Source: Candidatus Gastranaerophilales bacterium
GTDB lineage: Bacteria > Cyanobacteriota > Vampirovibrionia > Gastranaerophilales > Gastranaerophilaceae
Length of the DNA: 64,000 bases
Assembly: GCA_944324165.1 (NCBI GenBank)
Contig: CALUVG010000001.1
Location: 2,773-66,772 of the forward strand
Direction of reading: 5' to 3'
Position 1 is the stretch's first letter. Each line of letters opens with the position of its first letter. Under the pieces are notes generated by a model, which was not told where the DNA came from, searched no databases, and was given only the letters and a program-made list of their open reading frames with translations. Shown one piece after another: positions 9,759-18,406 of this stretch. The translations under genes were made by a program, and so were the position numbers.

Positions 9759-11209
9759 TATTTCTCATCCTCAACTGTTGTTGTTACTGCCTGCGGCAAT
9801 GCCATGGCAAGTTCAAGATTAGCTCTTGCTACATTATAATTATATACTGTTTGAACATATTCTTGCTGCGCGCTGTTATATTTAACTTTTGCATCTTGAA
9901 GTTCAATATAATCACCCAGTCCAACCCCGTAACGACCGTCCGCAAGTTCAAAATTTTCAAGTGTTTGTTTAACTTTTACAGCCGCAAGCGGTATTTGTTT
10001 TTCCAATTGTATCATATTAACATATGCATTTTGTACTTCAAAATATATATTCTGCTTGCTCTGCTCAATCTCGTTTTCGGCAAGTTTAACCTGCAATTTA
10101 CCATTATCAATTTCAAACTTTTTCCCCACTATATTTAAAGAAGTGTTTAAACTAACTGAGACATTAAATGATTGTGTATTGTTTGTATCTCTATATCCAT
10201 AACCTGCACGCCCTTGAATTGAAGGGTAATATTCACGTTTGATATATAATAACGATTGTTTCATCGCCTCTAGCGTTGCATCAAAAGCTTTTAAATCCGG
10301 ACGATTTTTATATGCAAGTTCAACACTTTCTTCAAATGTATAAGGAAACGGATCAAATTTAAAATCTTCCAGAATATCTAATTTTTCAACCTTTGAAGTC
10401 AAAAAAGCATCGGACACACCTTCCGGAGGCGGGCTGATATCTACTTTGTCATCAATTTTTTCTAAACTAACCGGCACATTAGCATTAAAATTAAAGGTTT
10501 CAGTATTTGTTATTTCATATTCCGGCGCAAAAGCTATATACATAGAATTATTAAGTTTTACCAGTGCATTCTGATATTCTTTAACTGAATTTACAAGGGT
10601 TACTTTTGAATCACTTAAATTCACCTCAGCATTAACAAGATCAATTTTAGACTTAATACCTTCTTCAAAATAGGCTTTTGTTCTCTGGTAATTTCTCTCA
10701 TTTATCTGTACATTTGCCTTGTTTATATCAACAGCGGCTTTTGCAGCCAGAACGCCGTAATAATTTGTTTTAACTCCAAAAATTGTATCAAGAACTGTGT
10801 CATCAAATGAATATAAAGCGGCAATGGCATTAAATTTATTCATTCTTATATTGGCATTAGTTTTGCCAAAATCCCAAATCAATTGTGTTAAAGATGCTTC
10901 TGCGCTGTAATAATTGTTTCGACCTCGGCGCATTAAACTGCTGCTTGTTGCATTCTCCGTGGCGTAATAACCGGTTCCTACGCCTATTGTAGGAAAATAA
11001 TCAGACTTTGCAATACTTGTATTATTTTTTGAAACATTATAGTTATACCGTGCTTTTTTAATTGCCGGACTATTCTGCAATGCCAATTGAATACAGTCCG
11101 TTATAGAAAGAACTGCATTTTTTTGAATAGAAACATTTTCTATAGCTTCCACCGGTATAAATGCACCTAATAAAACTATCAGAAATATAGCTTTTATGAA
11201 TATCTTCAA
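9758..11209 (-). CDS. TolC-family outer membrane efflux protein
   Basis: Signal peptide MKIFIKAIFLIVLLGAFIPVEA and two OEP-type repeats. First gene of the operon, with a 1-nt TAATG overlap with the adaptor gene. Confidence 0.85.
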   Translation of the reverse strand: MKIFIKAIFLIVLLGAFIPVEAIENVSIQKNAVLSITDCIQLALQNSPAIKKARYNYNVSKNNTSIAKSDYFPTIGVGTGYYATENATSSSLMRRGRNNYYSAEASLTQLIWDFGKTNANIRMNKFNAIAALYSFDDTVLDTIFGVKTNYYGVLAAKAAVDINKANVQINERNYQRTKAYFEEGIKSKIDLVNAEVNLSDSKVTLVNSVKEYQNALVKLNNSMYIAFAPEYEITNTETFNFNANVPVSLEKIDDKVDISPPPEGVSDAFLTSKVEKLDILEDFKFDPFPYTFEESVELAYKNRPDLKAFDATLEAMKQSLLYIKREYYPSIQGRAGYGYRDTNNTQSFNVSVSLNTSLNIVGKKFEIDNGKLQVKLAENEIEQSKQNIYFEVQNAYVNMIQLEKQIPLAAVKVKQTLENFELADGRYGVGLGDYIELQDAKVKYNSAQQEYVQTVYNYNVARANLELAMALPQAVTTTVEDEK

Positions 11210-11360
11210 AATGTATTACGTCCTCAACAAATTATTACATTCATGAATATAACGATTTAAGCACATTGGGTGTTCATTTTAATCATTTAAATAAATTAAA
11301 AATTTCATTCAAAAAATTACATTAAACTCTAAGAATATACCTGAATATTTTTTACAATAC

Positions 11361-11386
11361 TAAAAAGCCCCTCGTCGGGGCTTTCT
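11361..11386 (-). terminator. Intrinsic terminator after the 95-aa ORF
   Basis: Minus strand reads AAAGCCCC-gacga-GGGGCTTTTTA. Confidence 0.75.
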
Positions 11387-11429
11387 ATCTAATGTAGACA
11401 ATGAAATATATGATTTGTGTTTATTTAAT

Positions 11430-11717
11430 CTAAAAGTGCATGTCAAAGCTAGGCGGCATACCGTTCATTTTTTCATCTTCCATACGCATTGCAGACCCGA
11501 TTGTGAAACTTTCTGCAAATAATTTATTAATTTGATAATTTATATCTCCATTGAACACATTTTCATTTTCTTCCAAAAATTTAAACAATGGATCTGCCGG
11601 AGATTTTGCAAGGTTGCCGAGAGTTTCACCAGCAAGTTTCAATGTTCTTTCCGGTACCTTTACATTCATCCCGAAAGGTTTGTATGGGCGATTAAATGAT
11701 GCACCTGCTTCTGTCAT
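11430..11717 (-). CDS. Hypothetical 95-aa soluble protein
   Basis: ORF with no TM segment and a terminator downstream. Lies directly downstream of the HNH-like gene. Confidence 0.5.
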   Translation of the reverse strand: MTEAGASFNRPYKPFGMNVKVPERTLKLAGETLGNLAKSPADPLFKFLEENENVFNGDINYQINKLFAESFTIGSAMRMEDEKMNGMPPSFDMHF

Positions 11718-11822
11718 ATCCGTTTACTTCCTTATTGACTAAGTTTAATTACACTTATTTATTCGGCATAATTTTGTCAAAAGTTTAGGCTTTTACTTAT
11801 TATTTTTACAATTGTTAATATT

Positions 11823-13205
11823 CTATTTAAATTTAGTAGTGTCAATTTTGCGTCCGCTCTCCTGAACAAATGTGTCCACCATTTTAAAGAACACATTTTT
11901 AGGCAGATTATTACGCTTTACTTCCTGCCATATATCCATAAAATAACGCTGCTGATTTGACTGTTTGAACTGCTCTATAAAATGATGCATATCTTCGCTG
12001 GAACGATTGTTGTTGTCACGTCCGCAGGCTAATGCAAAGTTACCTAATACATCAGGTCCGCCGAGTGACTTTGGATGCATATGTTCAATTGTTGCAAGTG
12101 AAGGTCTGAGCATATCATATCCTATGGCATCAGATGCTGCATTTTCATGCTTTGTAATAAATGAATTTACACTGGTTTGGGAATTTGGCAAACGTTTTAC
12201 AATATCATCAATTCTTTTACGCAACCCTTCATCCGGCATCCCCTCCAGTGCCTCATTCAAATCGTATCTAAATGCTTTATTACTGAATTTTACTTTAACC
12301 GGCTGACGGTCTATTGTTTTTAGTGCCGTGTCGCAAAGATTTAATAAATCTTTACGATTCAATATTTCTCCATACTTTGCAATTTGTCTTATTAATAATT
12401 TTTGAAGATAAACTTTATCGACCATCATATTATTAACGTCTCGAGTTTCTGTCATAGATAAAACTTTTGAAACGAATTTAGCATTCAAAGGAGTATCTTT
12501 TGACTTAAAAATAGGATGTGTTAACGGTTCTGCCAATTTTAGAATTCGTCCTGCAAGATAATCGTCTTTAATCGAATCGCTTATCCTTCCTATTTTGTAG
12601 GAAAATTCTTTGCCACTGAATTCATCCGGAATATATTCTTTTTCTTCCAGCCTGTAACGTGAAATTCTCATTAATTTATTAAATTTTGTTTTCCAGCCGC
12701 GAGGCAACTCATCACTTAATGCCGAAATTTCCTTCAAAATAGGTTTTTGTTCTTTTAAAAGTTCCTTATTTGCCTCAGGATATAGTCTTTTTATAGCTTC
12801 AGAAAGTCTGATATCCGGAGAGTCAAATGTCATCATCGTAATTTTCTTTAATGCTTCTTTTTCTGTTGGATGAAGATAATCGAGATAATTAAACATTTCC
12901 TGAACAAAATTTTTGATTGGACCAGAAAAAATTCCGGTATTTTTTAATCTTCCTGCAACTTTGTTACTCAGCATCGGACGTCCGCAATAAAGACAATGTA
13001 CAGTTCTTGTATTTGCAAGACTACGAAAATCTCCTGCACTGCGCAATATTCCAAATGTCGGCTGGCTTTTTATAAACACATCTTTAGAGGGCTGCATACC
13101 TGAAAAAGAAATTCTACCTGCAGTATAATCTTTCTGAGCATTTACCGGCTGATTTTTATATTGAAATATATTTGATGTAAGTACCCCTAATATCTTCATA
13201 TTCAT
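11823..13205 (-). CDS. Hypothetical 460-aa protein with C-terminal HNH (beta-beta-alpha-Me)-like motif
   Basis: C-terminus ATIEHMHPKSLGGPDVLGNFALACGRDNNNRS resembles (D/E)H..P.S.GG....N..L.C..CN..K. A CxxC (HCLYCGRPM) sits about 300 aa upstream. The helical region between them is lineage-specific. Confidence 0.7.
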   Translation of the reverse strand: MNMKILGVLTSNIFQYKNQPVNAQKDYTAGRISFSGMQPSKDVFIKSQPTFGILRSAGDFRSLANTRTVHCLYCGRPMLSNKVAGRLKNTGIFSGPIKNFVQEMFNYLDYLHPTEKEALKKITMMTFDSPDIRLSEAIKRLYPEANKELLKEQKPILKEISALSDELPRGWKTKFNKLMRISRYRLEEKEYIPDEFSGKEFSYKIGRISDSIKDDYLAGRILKLAEPLTHPIFKSKDTPLNAKFVSKVLSMTETRDVNNMMVDKVYLQKLLIRQIAKYGEILNRKDLLNLCDTALKTIDRQPVKVKFSNKAFRYDLNEALEGMPDEGLRKRIDDIVKRLPNSQTSVNSFITKHENAASDAIGYDMLRPSLATIEHMHPKSLGGPDVLGNFALACGRDNNNRSSEDMHHFIEQFKQSNQQRYFMDIWQEVKRNNLPKNVFFKMVDTFVQESGRKIDTTKFK

Positions 13206-13219
13206 ATAACTTCCATAAT

Positions 13220-13259
13220 AAAAAAATTTGCCGGTTTATTAAGAAATATTACCGGCAAA
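13220..13259 (-). terminator. Intrinsic terminator directly after tsaB
   Basis: Minus strand reads TTTGCCGGT-15 nt loop-ACCGGCAAA followed by TTTTTTT. The T-tract ends 14 nt before the ATG at 13205. Confidence 0.8.
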
Positions 13260-13268
13260 TTATAATTT

Positions 13269-13883
13269 TTATCCCATTGGCGGCGGCTGTATATATAGCG
13301 GTAGAAGCTCACCCCAATTGCCCGTTGCACTATTAATCTTTTCTTCTGCCAGAGATGCCAGAATTTCACCAAGCGGATAATTGTCAGCCTGATAGGAAAT
13401 ACCACCAAGCAAAGGTTGAAGTTTATTATCTGTTATAACATCATAATCTCCGTTTGCAATAATCTCTTTTACCTGTTCTAACGGCAATGCTCCTTTAATT
13501 TCATTATCACACAAAAGATAAGCCATATTTTTACGGGCATCCAATGCTACCAAAGGATTTTTGTCCGCCAGTTTTGACAAAATCTCAAGAGAAGATACGC
13601 CTACGGTTTTACAATTTAACTGCTGAGCCATAACCCGTGCGACTGTTGTACATGCACGTATTCCGGTAAAACTGCCGGGACCTATATTTATTGCTATTAA
13701 GTCTATATCAGAAGGTCTCACGTTATTTTGACTCATAATTTCCTGTAAAGTTGAAATTAAAAATGCAGAATGATACTTGGTATCTGTATTTTCAACCACA
13801 TCAGATGCAAGTATTTTGCCGTCTTTTTTAAGAACTGCATACATTTTGTCCAAACATGTATCAAAAGCTAAAATTGTTGTCAT
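13269..13883 (-). CDS. tsaB: tRNA t6A37 biosynthesis protein TsaB
   Basis: MTTILAFDTC..., IAINIGPGSFTGIRACTTVARVMAQ motif. Next to tsaE. Confidence 0.85.
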   Translation of the reverse strand: MTTILAFDTCLDKMYAVLKKDGKILASDVVENTDTKYHSAFLISTLQEIMSQNNVRPSDIDLIAINIGPGSFTGIRACTTVARVMAQQLNCKTVGVSSLEILSKLADKNPLVALDARKNMAYLLCDNEIKGALPLEQVKEIIANGDYDVITDNKLQPLLGGISYQADNYPLGEILASLAEEKINSATGNWGELLPLYIQPPPMG

Positions 13884-13918
13884 ACTAATCCTTTCAGGAA
13901 TTTTTAATGTTTTTTTAT

Positions 13919-14392
13919 TTATGATATTGTTTCACTTAATCTTCTAACGATATTTGTTGATGTTTGTCCAATACCTTCAAACGCGTATATTCTGGCATCA
14001 TCATCCGAATAGGTAACATTAATTTTAAGATGATCGAACGGAATTTCATCCTGTGAAAATTCTGCCCACTCTACAAATGTCAATTGATGACCTTCCGAAT
14101 ATTCTCTTAATTCATCCAATATTGTGCTTACACCTTCATTTTCCAATCTGTATAAATCAAAATGGTAAACCGGTATTATTCCGCTATGGTATTCATTTAA
14201 AATAACAAAACTCGGACTTGTTACTTTTTCCTTAACATCAAGTGCATCTGCAACCAGTTTTACAAAAGCAGTTTTACCGGCACCTATCTCGCCGTAAAGA
14301 CTTACAAAAGCCCCATCTGTTACCAATTGTGCAAAGACCTGTGCCAATTGTTTTGTGTCTTCCAATGTTTTACAAGTTTTACTGAATATCAT
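13919..14392 (-). CDS. tsaE: tRNA t6A37 biosynthesis ATPase TsaE
   Basis: P-loop LYGEIGAGKT, SPSFVILNEY, HFDLYRL. Confidence 0.85.
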   Translation of the reverse strand: MIFSKTCKTLEDTKQLAQVFAQLVTDGAFVSLYGEIGAGKTAFVKLVADALDVKEKVTSPSFVILNEYHSGIIPVYHFDLYRLENEGVSTILDELREYSEGHQLTFVEWAEFSQDEIPFDHLKINVTYSDDDARIYAFEGIGQTSTNIVRRLSETIS

Positions 14393-15749
14393 AAACCACT
14401 ACCTTATTTCGTCCATCTGATTTTGCCTGATAAAGTGCATTATCAGCTTTTTGTAATAAATCAACATCTTCATCACTGCTTTGCAGCTGATAAACACCTA
14501 AGCTTATTGTCACATTTATATTTTTATTCAATGTATCAGGTACAACTTTGGATATGTCAACCGATTTTCGCTCTACCGCCTTTCTTAGACGTTCTGCTAC
14601 ACTTTGTGCATCTTCAAGTTTAGTAAACGGCAATAGAACAGTAAATTCTTCTCCGCCATAACGACCGGCAATATCGTATTCTCTTAACTGAGCTTTTATA
14701 ATATGCGCAACAGTTTTTAGCACTAAATCACCGACGGCATGTCCGTAAGTGTCGTTAACATTTTTGAAAAAGTCTATATCTATCATTATTGCGCATAAAT
14801 TATTATTTTTACGTTTAGCACCGGCAACTTCCTGCTTTATACGCTCTTCCAATTGACGTCTGTTATAGAATCCTGTCAAGGCATCAAGTGTCGCATGTTT
14901 TAAGATTTCTGCGTAAACATTAGCCCTGTCTATAGTTGTTGCGGCCTGATTGGTAAGCTGTTCTATATATTCAACTTCCTTTTCATTAAGTTTGCCGTCA
15001 GTACTTTTTGCAACTACACAGCCTATCAATTTGCCTTCGGTAACAAGAGGAAACAAACCTGTTTTTTTATCTGCCGTCATTATGCAATCCGAATTTGGCG
15101 TTAATATACTCAACAACCCAAGAATTTTATCATCGCGGCATGAGTTTGGCCAGCACAGATTATAATTTTCAGTTTCCTCATCTCGCAAGAAAATATATAT
15201 TAAATGATTTGATACAAATTTATCAATCATTTCACCGATTAAAGGTATTATATAACTCAATTCATACTGTGTTTCTATAATTTTAGCAATGTTCTTCATT
15301 GAGTCATGAAACTCAACATTTTTTTGCATTTTATCAGAAAGGATTACGTTCTGTATTTTTAAAGATATTATATAAGCCGAAATATCCAAAAAATTGATAA
15401 GATTTTCCGTATCAATAAAACTCACATCCATCCTGAGCATACCGATGAGTTTTTGAGATTTATACAGTCCGTAATAAAGAATTTTTTTATCTTCCATATA
15501 TACTCTGTCTTTAAGCAAATTAAAATGAGTATATAAAGATGCAGCCATATTTTTATCACAAATTTCTTCTATATAAACCCAATTTTTAGAAAAATCACGC
15601 AAACTTTTGGTTGTATCGTCATAAATATAAATATCAAGTGAGTTTATTCCGAAATTGTTAACAAAAAAATCAGACAGTGCAACAACAATACTTTTGGCTC
15701 CAAAAGTATCATTAAACAATGTTAAAAGATTTTTTATTTTTTCCTGCAT
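14379..15749 (-). CDS. Diguanylate cyclase (GAF-like sensory N-terminus plus GGDEF domain)
   Basis: DALTGFYNRR, active site GGEEF, and an RxxD I-site (REYD) five residues upstream of GGEEF. Confidence 0.9.
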   Translation of the reverse strand: MQEKIKNLLTLFNDTFGAKSIVVALSDFFVNNFGINSLDIYIYDDTTKSLRDFSKNWVYIEEICDKNMAASLYTHFNLLKDRVYMEDKKILYYGLYKSQKLIGMLRMDVSFIDTENLINFLDISAYIISLKIQNVILSDKMQKNVEFHDSMKNIAKIIETQYELSYIIPLIGEMIDKFVSNHLIYIFLRDEETENYNLCWPNSCRDDKILGLLSILTPNSDCIMTADKKTGLFPLVTEGKLIGCVVAKSTDGKLNEKEVEYIEQLTNQAATTIDRANVYAEILKHATLDALTGFYNRRQLEERIKQEVAGAKRKNNNLCAIMIDIDFFKNVNDTYGHAVGDLVLKTVAHIIKAQLREYDIAGRYGGEEFTVLLPFTKLEDAQSVAERLRKAVERKSVDISKVVPDTLNKNINVTISLGVYQLQSSDEDVDLLQKADNALYQAKSDGRNKVVVYDIQ

Positions 15750-16498
15750 TATCCCTCTATTTTTTGCAAAATCTCGTCTGATATGTCAAAGTTTGCGTAA
15801 ACATTTTGCACATCGTCGTGTTCTTCCAGTTTTTCCAACAATTTCATTACCTGCGCGGCAACATTTTCATCAGTAACTTCTACGGTATTTTGAGGTATTC
15901 TGGTAAGTTCGGCAGTCGTACTTTTAAACCCTTCTTGTTCTAATCCTTCTACAACTTTTTGAAAATTTTCAACAGAGGTAAATACCTTATATTCATCTTC
16001 CTCTTCAGTTATATCTTCTGCGTCAAGATTAATTGCAGCCTCAAACAACTTTTCATAATCAACAGATTTATCAAAAGAAATAACGCCTTTTTGATCAAAC
16101 ATCCAGCCGACACAACCGGTTGCCCCCAAACTTCCGTTGTACTTTGTAAAGTAACTTCTGATATCACCTGCCGTACGGTTTCTGTTGTCCGTCATTGCTT
16201 CTACAACAACAGCAACCCCTCCGGCAGCATATCCTTCATAAATTAATTCTTCGTAATTTTCAGATGCTCCTGCGCCGGCACCTTTTTCAATTGCGCGTTT
16301 AATATTATCGTTTGGCAGTCCGGCTGCTTTTGCTTTTTCAATTGCCGTTCTCAATCTGAAATTACCGGCAGGATCGGCTCCGCCAAGTCTTGCTGCTACA
16401 ATCAATTCTCTTGAATATTTCTGGAATACAACGGCGCGCTGCGAATCTACTTTTGCCTTTTTATGTTTAATAGTTGACCACTTTGAGTGTCCTGACAT
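15749..16498 (-). CDS. YebC/PmpR family DNA-binding regulator
   Basis: MSGHSKWSTIKHKKAKVDSQR N-terminus, diagnostic for the family. Confidence 0.9.
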   Translation of the reverse strand: MSGHSKWSTIKHKKAKVDSQRAVVFQKYSRELIVAARLGGADPAGNFRLRTAIEKAKAAGLPNDNIKRAIEKGAGAGASENYEELIYEGYAAGGVAVVVEAMTDNRNRTAGDIRSYFTKYNGSLGATGCVGWMFDQKGVISFDKSVDYEKLFEAAINLDAEDITEEEDEYKVFTSVENFQKVVEGLEQEGFKSTTAELTRIPQNTVEVTDENVAAQVMKLLEKLEEHDDVQNVYANFDISDEILQKIEG

Positions 16499-16564
16499 GT
16501 TTTTCTCCTTTTATCTATTTTTTCCTTCTATCAGAATTGTAGCATGAACAATTCTGTTTAAAAA

Positions 16565-16597
16565 ATATATAAAAAATTCCGGTAGTGAAACCGGAAT
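16565..16597 (-). terminator. Intrinsic terminator after the sigma-factor gene
   Basis: Minus strand reads ATTCCGGT-ttcact-ACCGGAAT followed by TTTTTTATATATTTTT. Confidence 0.75.
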
Positions 16598-16629
16598 AAG
16601 CACATCAAAGTATTAATATAAAGAACCAT

Positions 16630-17541
16630 TTAGTCCATGTAACAGGACAAGACTTCTTGTCCCAGTGCTGAAATACGCATTTTTTTCAATGCTCGCAGCT
16701 CTGTCTGTCGAATACATTCTTTCGTAACACCGTATATATTACCAATTTCTTCAAGTGTTCTTCTTGTCGTATCATCCAGTCCATAACGCATCTTGACCAC
16801 TGCCTGCTCTCTCTCTTTCAACGTTGAAACAACACTTAAAATATCTTTTTTTAACCCTTCATATTCAACTGTAGCAATAACAGACGCATTCTCGTCTTCT
16901 ATGATATCCGCAAAACTCATATCTTTGCCGTCACTATTTTCAAATCCGCTTTCTAAAGATATAGTCTTGCTGTATGCAGACAAAAATGTCTCTATCTTGT
17001 CAGAATCAATATTCATACGTTTTGCAACATCTTCATTCTTAACCTGACAGTTATTTTCTTTTTCCATCTGGGATTTAACTTTAGAAAATTTTGAAAGTGT
17101 TTCCTGAATATATACAGGAATTTTCATACAATGAGATTGTTCTGATATTGCTTTGAACATTGATTGTTTAATCCACCAGCTTGCATATGTCGCAAACTTG
17201 TATCCGAGTTTGTAATTGAATTTTTCAGCAGCAATCATCAACCCGAGATTACCTTCCTGAATCAGGTCAACCATTGGTAATTTAGACATATGTATCGCTT
17301 TTTTGGCAATAATTATAACTAGTTTAAGATTAGATTGAATAAGCTGTTTTTTAGCATCTTCATCTCCTTCTTTTGCTCTTTTGGCCAGTTCTCTTTCTTC
17401 TGCCGCACTAAGCTGCGGATAATTTGAAATTTCTCTGATGTATCCGGCAAGCTCGCTATTTGTATTGGCTTCTAACACTTCATATTTTGCCGGATTTGAG
17501 GACTCTGTCTTTTTCATTCTGATTGGGGCATTCTTACTCAT
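16630..17541 (-). CDS. RNA polymerase sigma-70 family factor (RpoD-like, regions 1.2-4)
   Basis: LIQSNLKLVIIIAKK (region 2.1), DLIQEGNLGLMIAAEKF, YASWWIKQS, and region 4 TLEEIGNIYGVTKECIRQTELRALKKM. Confidence 0.9.
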   Translation of the reverse strand: MSKNAPIRMKKTESSNPAKYEVLEANTNSELAGYIREISNYPQLSAAEERELAKRAKEGDEDAKKQLIQSNLKLVIIIAKKAIHMSKLPMVDLIQEGNLGLMIAAEKFNYKLGYKFATYASWWIKQSMFKAISEQSHCMKIPVYIQETLSKFSKVKSQMEKENNCQVKNEDVAKRMNIDSDKIETFLSAYSKTISLESGFENSDGKDMSFADIIEDENASVIATVEYEGLKKDILSVVSTLKEREQAVVKMRYGLDDTTRRTLEEIGNIYGVTKECIRQTELRALKKMRISALGQEVLSCYMD

Positions 17542-17648
17542 AGACTCTAAACTCCTTCTCTTCTGTTTTTAATTTGAGACGTACACGATTTATTTACTCT
17601 AGGACAACGGGAACATTTTATATATTTTAAATACAACTATATATACTT

Positions 17649-17677
17649 AGTATATATCATAATATATACTTTGTCAA
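17649..17677 (-). promoter_or_regulatory. Near-consensus sigma-70 promoter of the sigma-factor gene
   Basis: Minus strand reads TTGACA-aagtatatattatgata-TATACT (17-nt spacer), about 100 nt upstream of the ATG at 17541. Confidence 0.6.
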
Positions 17678-17777
17678 CCCCTTTGTAAAGTTTTATTACG
17701 AATTATAAAAAAATATTTAAGCAGTTCGTTTTATTATGCCAAAAATTTGTGATATATTTGTTATAGGGAGGCAAACT

Positions 17778-18263
17778 ATGAAAAAGAAGTTTATAATTAT
17801 ATTTAGTTTAATAATTACAGCGATTTTTGCGACAGTAGGCTGGGGCTTTGCTAACGGAGCGTTTAACCCGGCAGGCATGACCCCATCAGAATATAAAATC
17901 GGCATTTCATATCCTGAGGCAATGCAGTCTGACAAACCTGCAATAATACTGTTTTATACTGACTGGTGCGGCTACTGCAAAAAGTTTATGCCGAAATTCA
18001 AAATCATCAGCAAGTTATATAAAGATGACTACAACTTTGTAATGCTGAACGGCGAAGCTGATAATAATCAAGCACTTGTAGAGGACATAGCACTCACAGG
18101 GCTGCCAACATTATATATTTTCGACCCGAAATATGACAACCGTGTTCATTTAAACAATGGTATTTATATGGATTTGAAAAAACTGCGTGCAGAATTGGAT
18201 AGATATTTAAAAATAAGAAGTTTGTTGGATTCTGCACAGAGCTGCTCAACTCCGCAAGAATAG
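17778..18263 (+). CDS. Membrane-anchored or secreted thioredoxin-fold protein
   Basis: GGGAGG SD 6 nt before the ATG at 17778. Signal/anchor MKKKFIIIFSLIITAIFATVGWG. Active site WCGYC. Confidence 0.75.
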   Translation: MKKKFIIIFSLIITAIFATVGWGFANGAFNPAGMTPSEYKIGISYPEAMQSDKPAIILFYTDWCGYCKKFMPKFKIISKLYKDDYNFVMLNGEADNNQALVEDIALTGLPTLYIFDPKYDNRVHLNNGIYMDLKKLRAELDRYLKIRSLLDSAQSCSTPQE

Positions 18264-18317
18264 CAAAAAAAAAGACCTTGGTATTCAAGGCCTATCCGTT
18301 TAAATAAGAAGAGAGAG

Positions 18318-18335
18318 CTTTATATTTATATAAAG
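18318..18335. promoter_or_regulatory. 18-bp palindrome upstream of folE2 (candidate operator)
   Basis: CTTTATAT-TT-ATATAAAG, about 70 nt upstream of the ATG at 18407. Confidence 0.3.
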
Positions 18336-18406
18336 TATTAATGAACTCAAAAATTGCTAAAAACAGGTCATTTATTAAGAAATATTAAGAAAAAAGTTTA
18401 TAAATT

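Noticed and set aside
13202-13408. 68-aa minus-strand ORF overlapping the tsaB 3' end and the terminator
   Set aside because: It is out of frame with and overlaps tsaB, runs through the terminator hairpin, and has no SD.
17736-17777. 14-codon extension of the thioredoxin-like ORF
   Set aside because: The ATG at 17778 has a GGGAGG SD at ideal spacing and starts a typical signal/anchor sequence (MKKKFIIIF...).
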